In this document: positions 45,260 to 55,185 of the stretch, one piece after another
Numbering within the stretch: the first letter of the stretch is position 1
How the letters are laid out: every line of letters begins with the position of its first letter
Assembly (NCBI GenBank): GCA_030645735.1
Contig: JAUSNP010000003.1
Span: 27,608 to 91,607, forward strand
Length of the DNA stretch: 64,000 nucleotides
DNA from: Candidatus Moraniibacteriota bacterium
GTDB lineage: Bacteria > Patescibacteriota > Minisyncoccia > Moranbacterales > UBA2206
Direction of reading: 5' to 3'
Notes under the pieces: generated by a model
Database searches by the model: none
What the model saw: only the letters and a program-made list of their open reading frames with translations
What the model was told of the DNA's origin: nothing
Made by a program: the position numbers and the translations under genes

Positions 45260-48200
45260 ATGCCAAAAATACTTCACAAAAAATCATCCGCGGAACCCTC
45301 CAAGGCTGATATGCAAAAACAAGAAGATACCCAAAAAGTTTTGTCCAAAATGCGTCATCAATCTGAAGAAGAACGCGCTTCAGCTTTTGCGGCGGTCATT
45401 GGCATGACTTACATTGATACCAATTTAATTCCCATCGAAACTGACGCTATCAAAACCCTCTCTGAAGAAGAAGCTCACCAATTCAATGTAGCCGTCATCG
45501 CTAAGACTGGTAAAAAAATAACTGTCATCTCGACTGATCCAACCGTGCCAGCAACCTTGGAGTTTTTGAAAAACTTGCGCGAATCCAATGGCTGGGAACT
45601 GAATGTTTTTGTGGTTTCTCAATATAACCTGGAGAAGGTTTTGGACCGCTACAAAAAAATTGTTTTCACTGACATTCTTTCACAACTCAGTGTCAGCCTA
45701 ACAGGCGAAGATTTGCAGAAATTTGATGAGTATTTGAAAGATCTGACCACCCTCAAACAAAGAATCAATGAATTGCCTACTACCCAAATTTTGAATGTAA
45801 TGATGGGTGGGGCCTACAAACTAGGCGCCAGTGACATCCACATCGAACCACAAGAAAAAGAATTTCGTTTGCGCTATCGTATCGATGGAATTTTGCACGA
45901 TGTCGCTTTTTTACCATTGAATGTTTTCAAAACAGTGGTAAATCGTGTGAAAATGATGTCCGATATGAAACTCAATTTGAGAGACATTGCGCAAGATGGA
46001 ACTTTTGAAGTAAATATTGAAGACAAAAAAATTGCCATTCGTGTTTCAATTATTCCTGGTAGCTATGGCGAAAGCATCGTAATGAGAATTCTTGACCCAG
46101 CGTCTATCCAAGTAGCGGTAGAAAATTTGGGTTTACGCGGATTGGCTTATGAAATTATTCAGAAACAAATCAATGCTCCTAGCGGCATGATTCTAACTAC
46201 TGGCCCGACTGGTTCCGGGAAAACCACCACCCTCTATGCTATTGTCAACAAACTCAATGATCCCGAAACAAAAATCATCACTATTGAAGACCCAATTGAA
46301 TATGAAGTGACTGGCATCTCCCAAACTCAAGTTGAAAAATCCCGCGGTTATGATTTTGCCTCAGGCCTTCGAGCTATCGTCCGTCAAGATCCAGATGTAA
46401 TTCTCGTGGGAGAAATTCGCGATGAAGAGACCGTGGACATTGCCATTAACTCGGCATTAACTGGTCACCTAGTGTTATCTACGATTCACACCAACAGTGC
46501 CATCGCCACCATTGCGCGAATGATTGAAATGGGCGTCAAGCCAACTTTGATTGCGCCAGCTACCAATGCCTTCATTGGACAACGTTTGGTGCGCAAATTG
46601 TGTGATTGCAAAGAAGAATACACCCCTGCCAAAGAATCACTAGAATCTTTGAAAAAAATTATTTCTATTATTTCACCAAAATCAAAATTGGAAGTGCCCA
46701 AGGAAATCAAAACGCTCTTCCGACCCAAGGGTTGTCCAAAATGCAACAACCTTGGCTACAAAGGACGCATGGGAATTTTTGAAGTTTTCACCATCAATGA
46801 AGAAATTGAAAAATTGATTGTCAATTTTGCTTCCGAAGCGGAAATCACTATGGCCGCCTTGGAAGCTGGTATGATCACGATGTTGCAAGACGGAATTTTG
46901 AAATCTCTAGAAGGCATCACTTCGATTGAAGAGGTGAAACGCGCTACAGGTGAAGGCGATTTTTTGCAAAATATTTATGAAAAATTGATGGCTTCCACTT
47001 TGGGTCACGGTGTTTTGATTGAACCAATTCATTATTCAACCGCTCTAGAAAATATCAAAGACTTTCAAAAATTGCAGACAGTCATCAGCACTTCTGCCAC
47101 CAAAGATATCAATAAAATAGTTTTTGCAGCTGCTTCAATTTTGCGCACGGGTGACATTCACATTGAACCAGGACCTGATAATGTCAAAGTTCGCTTCCGT
47201 ATTGATGGAATTTTGCAAACTGTTGTCACCTATCCGCTCAATGAATATCCAAATATCTTGGGTGAAATAAAAATCCTGTCTGGTGTCAAAACCGAAGTGC
47301 GAGAAGGTGTGATTGATAGTCGTTTCAGCATCAAGTTTGACGAGGAAATTCCTGATATCAAAGAAAGGTCAGTTGATGTGCGTGTTTCCATCATTCTGGG
47401 TGGCTATGGTGAGACTGTGGTAATGCGTCTTTTGAGCAAAGCTTCGCAAGAATTGGATATCAACAAATTAGGCATCAGTGAACAAAACAAGAAAAAAATC
47501 ATGCATGAAATTTCCAAACCCAATGGCGTGTTTTTGAACACTGGCCCAACTGGCTCTGGAAAAACTACTACATTATATTCAATTGTAAATATCCTCAATA
47601 AACCGGAAGTCAAAATCATCACTGTTGAAGATCCAATTGAATATCAAATAGAAGGTATCTTGCAAACTCCAACCAATGACAAAGAAGGCTACACTTTTGC
47701 CACCGCTTTGCGCGCACTTCTGCGTCAAAACCCTGACATTATGATGATTGGTGAAATCCGTGATGATGAGACCGCTCAAGTGGCCGTACAAGCCGCTTTG
47801 ACTGGTCATATGGTGCTTTCCACCATTCACACCAACAATGCCGCTGGCGCGGTCCAGAGAATGCTCAACATGGGTGTTTCACCATCCGACATCGCCTCAG
47901 CCGTCAACGCTTTTATGGCACAACGCTTAGTGCGCAAATTGTGTGACTGCAAAGAAAAAATTTCTTTGACTACTGAAGACAAAGAAAAGATTGAGCGAGT
48001 CTTGAAAACTATTTCTCCCAAAGCTGGTGTAGAAATTCCCGCCATTGGTGAAATTTATACTCACAAAGGTTGCGAAAAATGCAACAACATCGGCTACAAA
48101 GGCCGAACCACTATCAGCGAAATCTTTGTCATCGATCGCGACATCCAAGAACTCATCAATCGTGGCGCTATCACTTCCGAACTGGCCGACAAAGCCACTG

Positions 48201-48295
48201 AAAATGGCATGATCACCATGGCACAAGATGGAGTTTTGAAAGTGTTGAATGGTGAGACGACGTTGGAAGAAGTGGAGAGAGTTACCGAGATCTAG
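45260..48295 (+). CDS. Tandem-duplicated GspE/PilB-type secretion ATPase. Two complete ATPase cores are fused in one 1011-aa polypeptide.
   Basis: Walker A appears twice (TGPTGSGKTTTLYAIVNKL and TGPTGSGKTTTLYSIVNIL). Asp box / Walker B appears twice (DPDVILVGEIRDEET and NPDIMMIGEIRDDET). His box appears twice (HLVLSTIHTN and HMVLSTIHTN). The tetracysteine motif appears twice (CDCKE...GCPKCNNLGYKGR and CDCKE...GCEKCNNIGYKGR). There is an N-terminal T2SSE_N-like domain. Confidence 0.85.
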   Translation: MPKILHKKSSAEPSKADMQKQEDTQKVLSKMRHQSEEERASAFAAVIGMTYIDTNLIPIETDAIKTLSEEEAHQFNVAVIAKTGKKITVISTDPTVPATLEFLKNLRESNGWELNVFVVSQYNLEKVLDRYKKIVFTDILSQLSVSLTGEDLQKFDEYLKDLTTLKQRINELPTTQILNVMMGGAYKLGASDIHIEPQEKEFRLRYRIDGILHDVAFLPLNVFKTVVNRVKMMSDMKLNLRDIAQDGTFEVNIEDKKIAIRVSIIPGSYGESIVMRILDPASIQVAVENLGLRGLAYEIIQKQINAPSGMILTTGPTGSGKTTTLYAIVNKLNDPETKIITIEDPIEYEVTGISQTQVEKSRGYDFASGLRAIVRQDPDVILVGEIRDEETVDIAINSALTGHLVLSTIHTNSAIATIARMIEMGVKPTLIAPATNAFIGQRLVRKLCDCKEEYTPAKESLESLKKIISIISPKSKLEVPKEIKTLFRPKGCPKCNNLGYKGRMGIFEVFTINEEIEKLIVNFASEAEITMAALEAGMITMLQDGILKSLEGITSIEEVKRATGEGDFLQNIYEKLMASTLGHGVLIEPIHYSTALENIKDFQKLQTVISTSATKDINKIVFAAASILRTGDIHIEPGPDNVKVRFRIDGILQTVVTYPLNEYPNILGEIKILSGVKTEVREGVIDSRFSIKFDEEIPDIKERSVDVRVSIILGGYGETVVMRLLSKASQELDINKLGISEQNKKKIMHEISKPNGVFLNTGPTGSGKTTTLYSIVNILNKPEVKIITVEDPIEYQIEGILQTPTNDKEGYTFATALRALLRQNPDIMMIGEIRDDETAQVAVQAALTGHMVLSTIHTNNAAGAVQRMLNMGVSPSDIASAVNAFMAQRLVRKLCDCKEKISLTTEDKEKIERVLKTISPKAGVEIPAIGEIYTHKGCEKCNNIGYKGRTTISEIFVIDRDIQELINRGAITSELADKATENGMITMAQDGVLKVLNGETTLEEVERVTEI

Positions 48296-48315
48296 CAACT
48301 TCACCCTCACCTCAG

Positions 48316-48433
48316 CCCTCTCCCTTAGGGAGAGGAGGTTCGCTTTTTCTCCTTCTCCCTCAAGGGAGAAGGTGCCCGAAGGGCGGATTCTGAACTTATT
48401 AACATTGTCATCCCGGGCTTGACCCGGGATCTA
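48316..48433. repeat. Cluster of four GC-rich hairpins (cctctccc-tta-gggagagg; ccttctccc-tcaa-gggagaagg; gccc-gaa-gggc; atcccggg-cttga-cccgggat)
   Basis: About 60% GC over about 120 bp, between the gspE fusion stop and the GIY-YIG start. The first two hairpins are variants of each other. Confidence 0.75.
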
Positions 48434-48439
48434 CTTTTT

Positions 48440-48751
48440 ATGCAACACCAATATTGTGTTTACATATTAACTAGCCAAACAAACCGAGTTTTGTATGTTG
48501 GTGTGACAAGTAACTTACCCAAAAGAATCTTCGAACACAAAAATAAATTGGCAGATGGTTTTACGAAAAAATACAATGTCGATAAATTGGTTTATTTTGA
48601 GCAAGGCGAGGATGTGAGTTCTGCCCTGCATAGAGAAAAACAATTGAAAAAATGGAAAAGGGAGTGGAAACTTGAATTGATCGAGAAGTCTAATCCTGAA
48701 TGGAAAGATTTGAGCGATACCTTAGTAGATTCCGGCTCAAGGCCGGAATGA
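48440..48751 (+). CDS. GIY-YIG nuclease-domain protein (small, UPF0213-like)
   Basis: YCVYILTSQTNRVLYVGVTSNLPKRIFEH with Y..Y..G and a downstream R/E (REKQLKKWKREWKLELIE). Start taken at ATG 48440; the track ORF starts at 48419. Confidence 0.7.
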   Translation: MQHQYCVYILTSQTNRVLYVGVTSNLPKRIFEHKNKLADGFTKKYNVDKLVYFEQGEDVSSALHREKQLKKWKREWKLELIEKSNPEWKDLSDTLVDSGSRPE

Positions 48752-48821
48752 CAAATCTTAGACAATTAAAAAACAGCGGCCCCTCCTAGGTCGCTGCTTT
48801 GCTTTCGCCGGCATTACCGAT

Positions 48822-49310
48822 TTAATTTTGAAAATTCACTGCCATCCCAAACATGGCATTTAGAGCCGCCTCCACATTCTTTTTGGGAACAACGATTAGG
48901 CTACCCGATTCATCTTCACCGAGCACCCTAACAAATGCATTGACATGAACCTTGTGAGATTCACTTCCAACTATGGGTTGGTAGCCATAAAAGAATGTGC
49001 CATCAAACCCGCTGGAAGCTATCACCATAAGGCCTTGCATCCTGTTGCTTGCTACGACCATATCGCCTGGCTGGACAGGATCAAGAACCTTCTCAACTTT
49101 TTTCAGAGTCTTCTCGATTCTGTTGGTCGTTGAGATTTTTTCTGGAGACCGCTGAGAAATGTTCATCAAAAGTACTACCACGCAACTGGCCAAAAGCGCA
49201 GCGACAATCAATAAATTTCTCTTAACTTTTCGTTCGTTCATGTCCCGCTCCTCTAAATTTGTAAAGAAGTTGTCTTTAATTTCACCACTCAGTGAAATCA
49301 GTGGTTTCAT
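48822..49310 (-). CDS. Hypothetical membrane-anchored protein
   Basis: TM LLIVAALLASCVVVLLM followed by a soluble domain. No family assigned. Somewhat GC-richer. Confidence 0.45.
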   Translation of the reverse strand: MKPLISLSGEIKDNFFTNLEERDMNERKVKRNLLIVAALLASCVVVLLMNISQRSPEKISTTNRIEKTLKKVEKVLDPVQPGDMVVASNRMQGLMVIASSGFDGTFFYGYQPIVGSESHKVHVNAFVRVLGEDESGSLIVVPKKNVEAALNAMFGMAVNFQN

Positions 49311-49720
49311 GTGCTAATCTGTGATTCTGACAATAATCTGCAGGCAAGTCCCAAGAGTTAGACCCTCGGGGAAGGAACAGTATCGAGGCACGACCCAGCC
49401 GAAACCAGAACGCCCATATCTTGATAAAAAGTTCCCAAAATTGATGACAAAAGATAGAAGTCACCAATTGCCTACAGCTTACTGCTAGCCATATAAAAAG
49501 GCATTGTTTCAGCCGAACTCATATGACTAAGTAGCTTAGCATAGCTTGGGTTTTTTGTCAAGTAATGCTAAGATGAGCCTAGAGCTCAAAAAGGCTAAGG
49601 CCTAAAGACCAAAGACTAAACAAAGCATTAAGACCAAAATAATAACCACTTAAACCTTTCTACTTTTTAAGCTTTAGACTTGTTTTAGTCTTTAGTAATT
49701 AGACTTTAGACTTAAAATTT

Positions 49721-50770
49721 ATGCTAATAGATTCCTCCGAACAATTCAATACTCTTGATTCAGTCGTTGCTCCCAAAGAAAATCCAGATGATAGAAATCT
49801 GGACAATACTTTACGTCCACAAACTTTTGCTGAATACATTGGCCAAGACAAAGTCAAAAAGAATTTGGATTTTTTGATTCGCGCGGCCAAGAAACGTGAA
49901 GAACCGATTGAACATATTTTGCTCTATGGTCCAGCCGGTCTAGGCAAAACTACTTTGGCCAACATCATCGCCAAAGAAATGGGTGTCAACATCAAAACCA
50001 CTTCTGGCCCAGCCATTGAACGCGTCGGCGATTTTGGATCGATCCTCACCAACTTGCAGGATGGCGACATTCTGTTCATTGATGAAATTCATCGTCTAAA
50101 CAAATCCATTGAAGAAATTCTCTATCCAGCCATGGAAGATTTCAAATTGGACATCATCATCGGCAAAGGTCCGTCAGCTCGAACTATTCAATTGGATTTG
50201 CCAAGATTCACTTTGATTGGCGCCACCACCAAACTTGGCTCACTCACCAATCCCCTCAGAAATCGTTTCGGTGCCACCTATCGCTTGGAATTTTATAACC
50301 AGCAACATATTCAGGACATTGTGAAACGCTCCGGTAACATTTTGGGTGTGGACATTCATGAAACTGGTCTAGAAAAAATTGCCAGTTGCGCCAGACAAAC
50401 TCCGCGGGTTGCCAATCGTCTTTTGAAACGCGTGCGTGATTATGCGCAAATCAAAAATCACACACTCGTAGATGGTGTCGTGGCGCAAGAAGCCTTGGAG
50501 ATGATTGATATTGATCCAATTGGCTTGGAACCATCAGACCGCCACATTTTGCGCACCATCATTGAGAAATTCAATGGCGGACCAGTCGGGCTTGGCACCA
50601 TTGCGGCCGCCACCAGCGAAGAAATCAAAACCATTGAAGATGTTTATGAGCCCTATCTTTTGCAAATCGGTTTTATGACCCGCACACCGCGCGGTCGCGT
50701 CATCACCGAACACGCCTACAAACATTTGGGCATTCCCTATTCCAATAAAACTCAAAATGCTTTATTATAA
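49721..50770 (+). CDS. ruvB: Holliday junction helicase RuvB
   Basis: [12 protein letters not shown], Walker [28 protein letters not shown]. Confidence 0.9.
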   Translation: MLIDSSEQFNTLDSVVAPKENPDDRNLDNTLRPQTFAEYIGQDKVKKNLDFLIRAAKKREEPIEHILLYGPAGLGKTTLANIIAKEMGVNIKTTSGPAIERVGDFGSILTNLQDGDILFIDEIHRLNKSIEEILYPAMEDFKLDIIIGKGPSARTIQLDLPRFTLIGATTKLGSLTNPLRNRFGATYRLEFYNQQHIQDIVKRSGNILGVDIHETGLEKIASCARQTPRVANRLLKRVRDYAQIKNHTLVDGVVAQEALEMIDIDPIGLEPSDRHILRTIIEKFNGGPVGLGTIAAATSEEIKTIEDVYEPYLLQIGFMTRTPRGRVITEHAYKHLGIPYSNKTQNALL

Positions 50771-50796
50771 AATTACAATCTCTTAAAAAATAAAAA

Positions 50797-51021
50797 ATGA
50801 TTAATCTAGTTTTGTTGGCCTTGTATGGAATTATTATTTTAACCTTCTTAATTGTTTCTTTTTTTATCGTCTACCACTTAGTTACCTATTCCATAAATTC
50901 AGAGCTGAATTTCATCATGCTCTTTTTGTTTGTAGCCGTAACGGCTGGACTGCTTATTTCGAATTTAGCGCTTTTCTTTTCCATTGACTGGAATATGCTA
51001 ATTACAGACCTGCTACCCTAA
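50797..51021 (+). CDS. Small two-TM membrane protein
   Basis: 74 aa, two hydrophobic helices. Precedes the bPH_2 protein. Confidence 0.4.
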   Translation: MINLVLLALYGIIILTFLIVSFFIVYHLVTYSINSELNFIMLFLFVAVTAGLLISNLALFFSIDWNMLITDLLP

Positions 51022-51040
51022 TTGTTACTAAAATAAATTT

Positions 51041-51643
51041 ATGAGCCTAGGTTCAAATATCCATTTCAAAGGTCAGCGCGATGATGAGACAATCATCAGC
51101 GTCGTTCGTCGCCATTGGTTCAATATCTTGCAACAACTTTTTCTAGTTTTCATCATGGTGGCTTTTGTTTTCGGCAGTCTGACCTACCTGCCTCTGCTTT
51201 TCCCCATCCTCAACACATCCTCAGCGCATGATTTGTTTATATTCCTAACCAACTCCTTTGCGCTAGTAACTTGGATAATGTTTTTCTTGATTTGGATTGA
51301 TTATTATTTTGATGTTTGGATTATCACGACACGCCGGATTGTGAATATCGAACAGAAAGGGCTTTTCATCCGCACTGTCAGTGAATTGGAATTTGATAAA
51401 ATCCAAGATATAACCACAGAAGTTAAAGGTATTATTCCAACCTTTCTCAATTTTGGTGATGTATTCGTACAAACCGCCGCCGAAAAAGACCGCTTCACTT
51501 TCAGACAAATTCCCAATCCTTATGCTGTCAAAGACCTCTTGATGAATCTTGAAGAAAAGGGCGAGAAATCCGAAGCCACACAAAGAGCTCAGGAAGGAGC
51601 TCAAGCACTGGGCAATGTTTTGAAAGATGAAAACTTGCACTAA
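51041..51643 (+). CDS. Bacterial PH-domain (bPH_2, YdbS/YdbT-like) membrane protein
   Basis: Two TM helices, then ...WIITTRRIVNIEQKGLFIRTVSELEFDKIQDITTEVKGIIPTFLNFGDVFVQTAAEKDRFTFRQIPNP. Confidence 0.6.
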   Translation: MSLGSNIHFKGQRDDETIISVVRRHWFNILQQLFLVFIMVAFVFGSLTYLPLLFPILNTSSAHDLFIFLTNSFALVTWIMFFLIWIDYYFDVWIITTRRIVNIEQKGLFIRTVSELEFDKIQDITTEVKGIIPTFLNFGDVFVQTAAEKDRFTFRQIPNPYAVKDLLMNLEEKGEKSEATQRAQEGAQALGNVLKDENLH

Positions 51644-51688
51644 AAACATTTCTCACAATTTAGCTATCCAAGCAAATTTTATTTTAGG

Positions 51689-53671
51689 GTGAAAAATAAA
51701 AACAAAATCAGCTCACTGAAAAAATCGGTTGTAATACTTTTATTTTTCTCCTGCCTCCTGGCAGGTTTTTTTGTACTTGAAAACGATGCCATTGCCGAAG
51801 ACAAAACGATTATTATTAGCGCTGTGCAAACATCAGGACAAACTGCCAATGATGATTTCATAGAGCTATACAACAATACTTGTGCTGATATTGAACTGAC
51901 AAATTGGAAAATCAAACGCAGAACTGCCAGTGGTTCTGAATCAATCATTGGCTCACTAAAAAATACTATTCCTGGCAAAGGCTACTTTCTCTGGAAAAAT
52001 ATCAGCGCCAACTCAGTTGGCAATCCAGATTATGCTACAACTTCTTATTCACTTTCTGATAATTATAGCATTGCTCTTTTTGATTCAACCAACGCGCAAG
52101 TTGATGCATTGACTTGGGGCAACAATCTTTTGCCTTTTGCTGATACCCCATATTATCCTTTGAATTTGAAAGCCTTCGAAACTATTTTACGCAATCTTTC
52201 TGATGAAACCTCTATCCAACTAAATTATGCTCCCAAAAATTCCTCTGTACTCAAAACGGAAGAATTGTCATCTTGCACAATTGAAGATCCAGCACCAGAC
52301 CCAATCGACCCGTCTCCGGCAGAAATTTATTCTGACCAATTGCGCCTCAACGAAATCTTGCCCAATCCAAAAGATGATGAAACCACTGGTGAATTTATCG
52401 AGCTCTACAATGCGGAAGATTTTCCTATTGATTTGGAAAACTGGGGTCTGCAAGATTCTTCCGACACCCAATTTATTTTCCCGGCCGGCTATATTATTGG
52501 TGCTAATGATTATCTAACAATCTACCGTGACATATTTAGATTTGCGCTCAACAATTCTGGACAAGAAGATATTTATCTACTCAATCCCAATGGGGACACG
52601 GTGTCTGAAATAACTTATGAAAACGCCAAAGAAAATGTTTCCTTTAGTTTTGATGAAGCGGATTGGAAATGGACCAAATATTTGACCCCTGACAAAGCCA
52701 ATGAATTTGATGCTGTTTCTCAAATCAAAGCTGAGCATATCAAGGAAGGTTTTGTGGTTTTTCCAATCGAATTTTCACTCGATCCAGATTTTGCTGATTT
52801 TTCTAAAGTAGTTTGGAATTTTGGAGACACCAAAAAAAGTTATCTGAAAAATCCCAAACACACCTATCTCAAAAAGGGCAATTATACTGTAACTGTTTCC
52901 ACTTCTGGAGAAGCTGAAGACACCTCCGATTCATTTGTTTTGAAAATCAAAGATTATCCGCGAGAAAAAGTGGAGATAGTTGGACTCATCCCCAATCCAC
53001 TGGGGACAGACGCGGAGCAAGAATGGATTGAAATCAAAAACAATGAAAAAAATGTGGTGAATCTGAAAGGCTGGAAGCTGGCCACTGGCAAAAAAGTTCT
53101 CGTCAATCACCCAATCAAAGATGATTTTGAAATACAACCAGGCGAAACTGCCCAACTCACACGAGAGCAGGCCTTTTTCACCCTACACAACAAAGCTATG
53201 ATTTTGGAACTGCGCTATCCGGATGGCAAAACTGCTGACCGTGTTTCTTACTCCAAAGAAACTATTGGCGATGATGAGCTATATTCCAAAGAATCTGGTC
53301 GCTGGACTTGGATTTCAGCCGAGGGTGACGAGAGAGCTGCTGAAGATATTTCTGAACCAATCGAAGCCCCTGTGCAAACTGAACCTGAGTCTGAGCCAGT
53401 TCCAGAAGAAGCACTCATAGAAATCGTAGAAGCTGTTCTAGAAGAATCCCCAGAAAACATGGGCAAATTCTCAGTCTCCAATGAGTGGCAAGCCAAGAGA
53501 AAAAATTGGCTAAACTATTTGGCCTATGGGTTGCCAACAAATACTTCGCCGAAATTAGCCTCTGAAAACATCGCTCTGCAAGAAAAATCACAACCCGCAA
53601 CCTCAAATCAAAAAGTTTCCACCAAAAACATTTTCTTGCAAATAAACTCCTTTCTGAATAGTGTTTTGTAA
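51689..53671 (+). CDS. Exported protein with three lamin-tail domains (LTD) and one PKD-like domain
   Basis: Signal/TM anchor, then LTD-like blocks IIISAVQTSGQTANDDFIELYNNTCADIELTNWKIKRR, LNEILPNPKDDETTGEFIELYNAEDFPIDLENWGLQD and IVGLIPNPLGTDAEQEWIEIKNNEKNVVNLKGWKLATGKK. PKD-like WNFGDTKKSYLKNPKHTYLKKGNYTVTVS. Acidic Pro/Glu-rich C-terminal region. Confidence 0.7.
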   Translation: MKNKNKISSLKKSVVILLFFSCLLAGFFVLENDAIAEDKTIIISAVQTSGQTANDDFIELYNNTCADIELTNWKIKRRTASGSESIIGSLKNTIPGKGYFLWKNISANSVGNPDYATTSYSLSDNYSIALFDSTNAQVDALTWGNNLLPFADTPYYPLNLKAFETILRNLSDETSIQLNYAPKNSSVLKTEELSSCTIEDPAPDPIDPSPAEIYSDQLRLNEILPNPKDDETTGEFIELYNAEDFPIDLENWGLQDSSDTQFIFPAGYIIGANDYLTIYRDIFRFALNNSGQEDIYLLNPNGDTVSEITYENAKENVSFSFDEADWKWTKYLTPDKANEFDAVSQIKAEHIKEGFVVFPIEFSLDPDFADFSKVVWNFGDTKKSYLKNPKHTYLKKGNYTVTVSTSGEAEDTSDSFVLKIKDYPREKVEIVGLIPNPLGTDAEQEWIEIKNNEKNVVNLKGWKLATGKKVLVNHPIKDDFEIQPGETAQLTREQAFFTLHNKAMILELRYPDGKTADRVSYSKETIGDDELYSKESGRWTWISAEGDERAAEDISEPIEAPVQTEPESEPVPEEALIEIVEAVLEESPENMGKFSVSNEWQAKRKNWLNYLAYGLPTNTSPKLASENIALQEKSQPATSNQKVSTKNIFLQINSFLNSVL

Positions 53672-53687
53672 AAATAAAAAAAGCCGA

Positions 53688-54032
53688 TCAACCTGACCGG
53701 CTTGCGCTTCTTTTCACAGCGCAGGATATTCCCATACCAAGCACGCCTACTATGAACCACAATGTGACTAAGATTTTTATTGGGTGTATATCCAATAAAT
53801 AGGCCAGCTCCAATAGTGGCGCTGTTTTATACTTAGCCATTTCTTTCAAACCCGAACTAGCGACTGGCAAATATAAAATTTTCAAGCCATCACTCCAAAT
53901 AGAAGCAATGTAAAGCAGAATGCAAAACAAAACCATTGAGCTCATAAAAATCATTGTCCTTATCTTCCGCATACACCACTCCTTGCTATTGGGGTTTCTG
54001 CCTGCAAATAGTCTCCAAAGAACATTCATCAT
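53688..54032 (-). CDS. Hypothetical membrane protein (114 aa)
   Basis: Two or three hydrophobic helices. The 3' end overlaps the aagccgatcaacctgaccggctt hairpin. Confidence 0.4.
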   Translation of the reverse strand: MMNVLWRLFAGRNPNSKEWCMRKIRTMIFMSSMVLFCILLYIASIWSDGLKILYLPVASSGLKEMAKYKTAPLLELAYLLDIHPIKILVTLWFIVGVLGMGISCAVKRSASRSG

Positions 54033-54132
54033 AGCTTATTGTTTTTTCTGTTAAAAGTCAACTGCCACTAAAATTTAAAAGCCCCGCACCTGTTTCAGGT
54101 TTGGGGCTTCTTATTCAAATTAACTCGCCTTG

Positions 54133-54462
54133 TTATTTTTGATTTGGTGGTTTTGATCCACGAACGAATGTATTCACCCATCTTGCCTCTTCTGCTTTTT
54201 TCTCCTCCGTCTTCTTAGGAATTTGCTTGCCAAGTTTCTTCTCTATAGTATTTTTTCTTTCTTCATACTTGCTAAGCAAATTCCTATTTTCTCTGTGATA
54301 ATACCTTGCAGAATCAGGCAATTGCATTGCAATGTCCAGCTCTTCCTTAATTGTTTTGATTTGCCGATCTACCCAAGCAAGCTCCTTTTCCATTTTCTTC
54401 CTGCGATATTCGCTACTAAAAATGGATTTGAAAAGATTTATAATTATTGGTATAAATTTCAT
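54133..54462 (-). CDS. Hypothetical protein (109 aa; N-terminal hydrophobic helix, Lys/Glu-rich)
   Basis: ORF that overlaps the next gene's stop. Confidence 0.35.
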   Translation of the reverse strand: MKFIPIIINLFKSIFSSEYRRKKMEKELAWVDRQIKTIKEELDIAMQLPDSARYYHRENRNLLSKYEERKNTIEKKLGKQIPKKTEEKKAEEARWVNTFVRGSKPPNQK

Positions 54463-54746
54463 TTTTCCTCCTCCGCTTGTTTGAGAATTTCCGCGTACTC
54501 CGGATTTTGTTTGAGAAAATTATGTCTCCAAATCTCCCTATTTCTCTTTTCCAACCTAAATTGGAAAAAATAAAAACCAATTACACAAATAATTACAATC
54601 AACATTCCTAGAGGAAAGATATCACTGGAGGGCTTCTTTTTCATGATGAAATACCAGAAACAAAACCATCCGATCCAGCTTAGACTAGCCAATATTATAT
54701 TAGCAGAAAACATTAATGCTCTAAATTGGTCAACCTTGGCGTTCAC
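54459..54746 (-). CDS. Hypothetical two-TM membrane protein (95 aa)
   Basis: ORF, translationally coupled to 54133..54462. Confidence 0.35.
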   Translation of the reverse strand: MNAKVDQFRALMFSANIILASLSWIGWFCFWYFIMKKKPSSDIFPLGMLIVIICVIGFYFFQFRLEKRNREIWRHNFLKQNPEYAEILKQAEEEK

Positions 54747-54801
54747 AAAGTCATTTTTGGCATCCGTAGCTGATTTTTTTATGTCAGCCGTTTCTCTTGA
54801 G

Positions 54802-55011
54802 TCATTTATAACTACCCCCTAAGCAATAAAACCAGCCTACACAACAACATCCAACAATAAATAATGCCATCACATCAAATCCGCTTTGTACGGCACCTGT
54901 TTCCCCTAGCCAAATACTCTTGCAAACAACTGCAACTACAATTAACATTGCTGCGATTGGAAGTATATTTGTATACTTTCGATATTTTTCGAGTTTCGCC
55001 ATGACTATCAC
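54802..55011 (-). CDS. Hypothetical small membrane protein (69 aa)
   Basis: Two hydrophobic helices. Confidence 0.3.
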   Translation of the reverse strand: MIVMAKLEKYRKYTNILPIAAMLIVVAVVCKSIWLGETGAVQSGFDVMALFIVGCCCVGWFYCLGGSYK

Positions 55012-55185
55012 CTTTTTATGTTTTTAAACAACTTTCCGTTGAAACAACGATTGATGTTGACATATTATTAACAATTTATCAACATAATTGTATTTATATG
55101 TGGCTATTTTTGGCTTAAATTTGATATTTTATTATTTTTTTATCAAAAATATTGACAAATTCTGTCAGTGTGCTACGCTTTTTAT

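Noticed and set aside
45260-48295. Assembly artefact or frameshift joining two adjacent gspE genes
   Set aside because: The two halves are only about 50% identical and the junction region is a continuous, unique coding sequence with no stop in frame. I cannot check raw reads, so the point stays in findings as something to verify.
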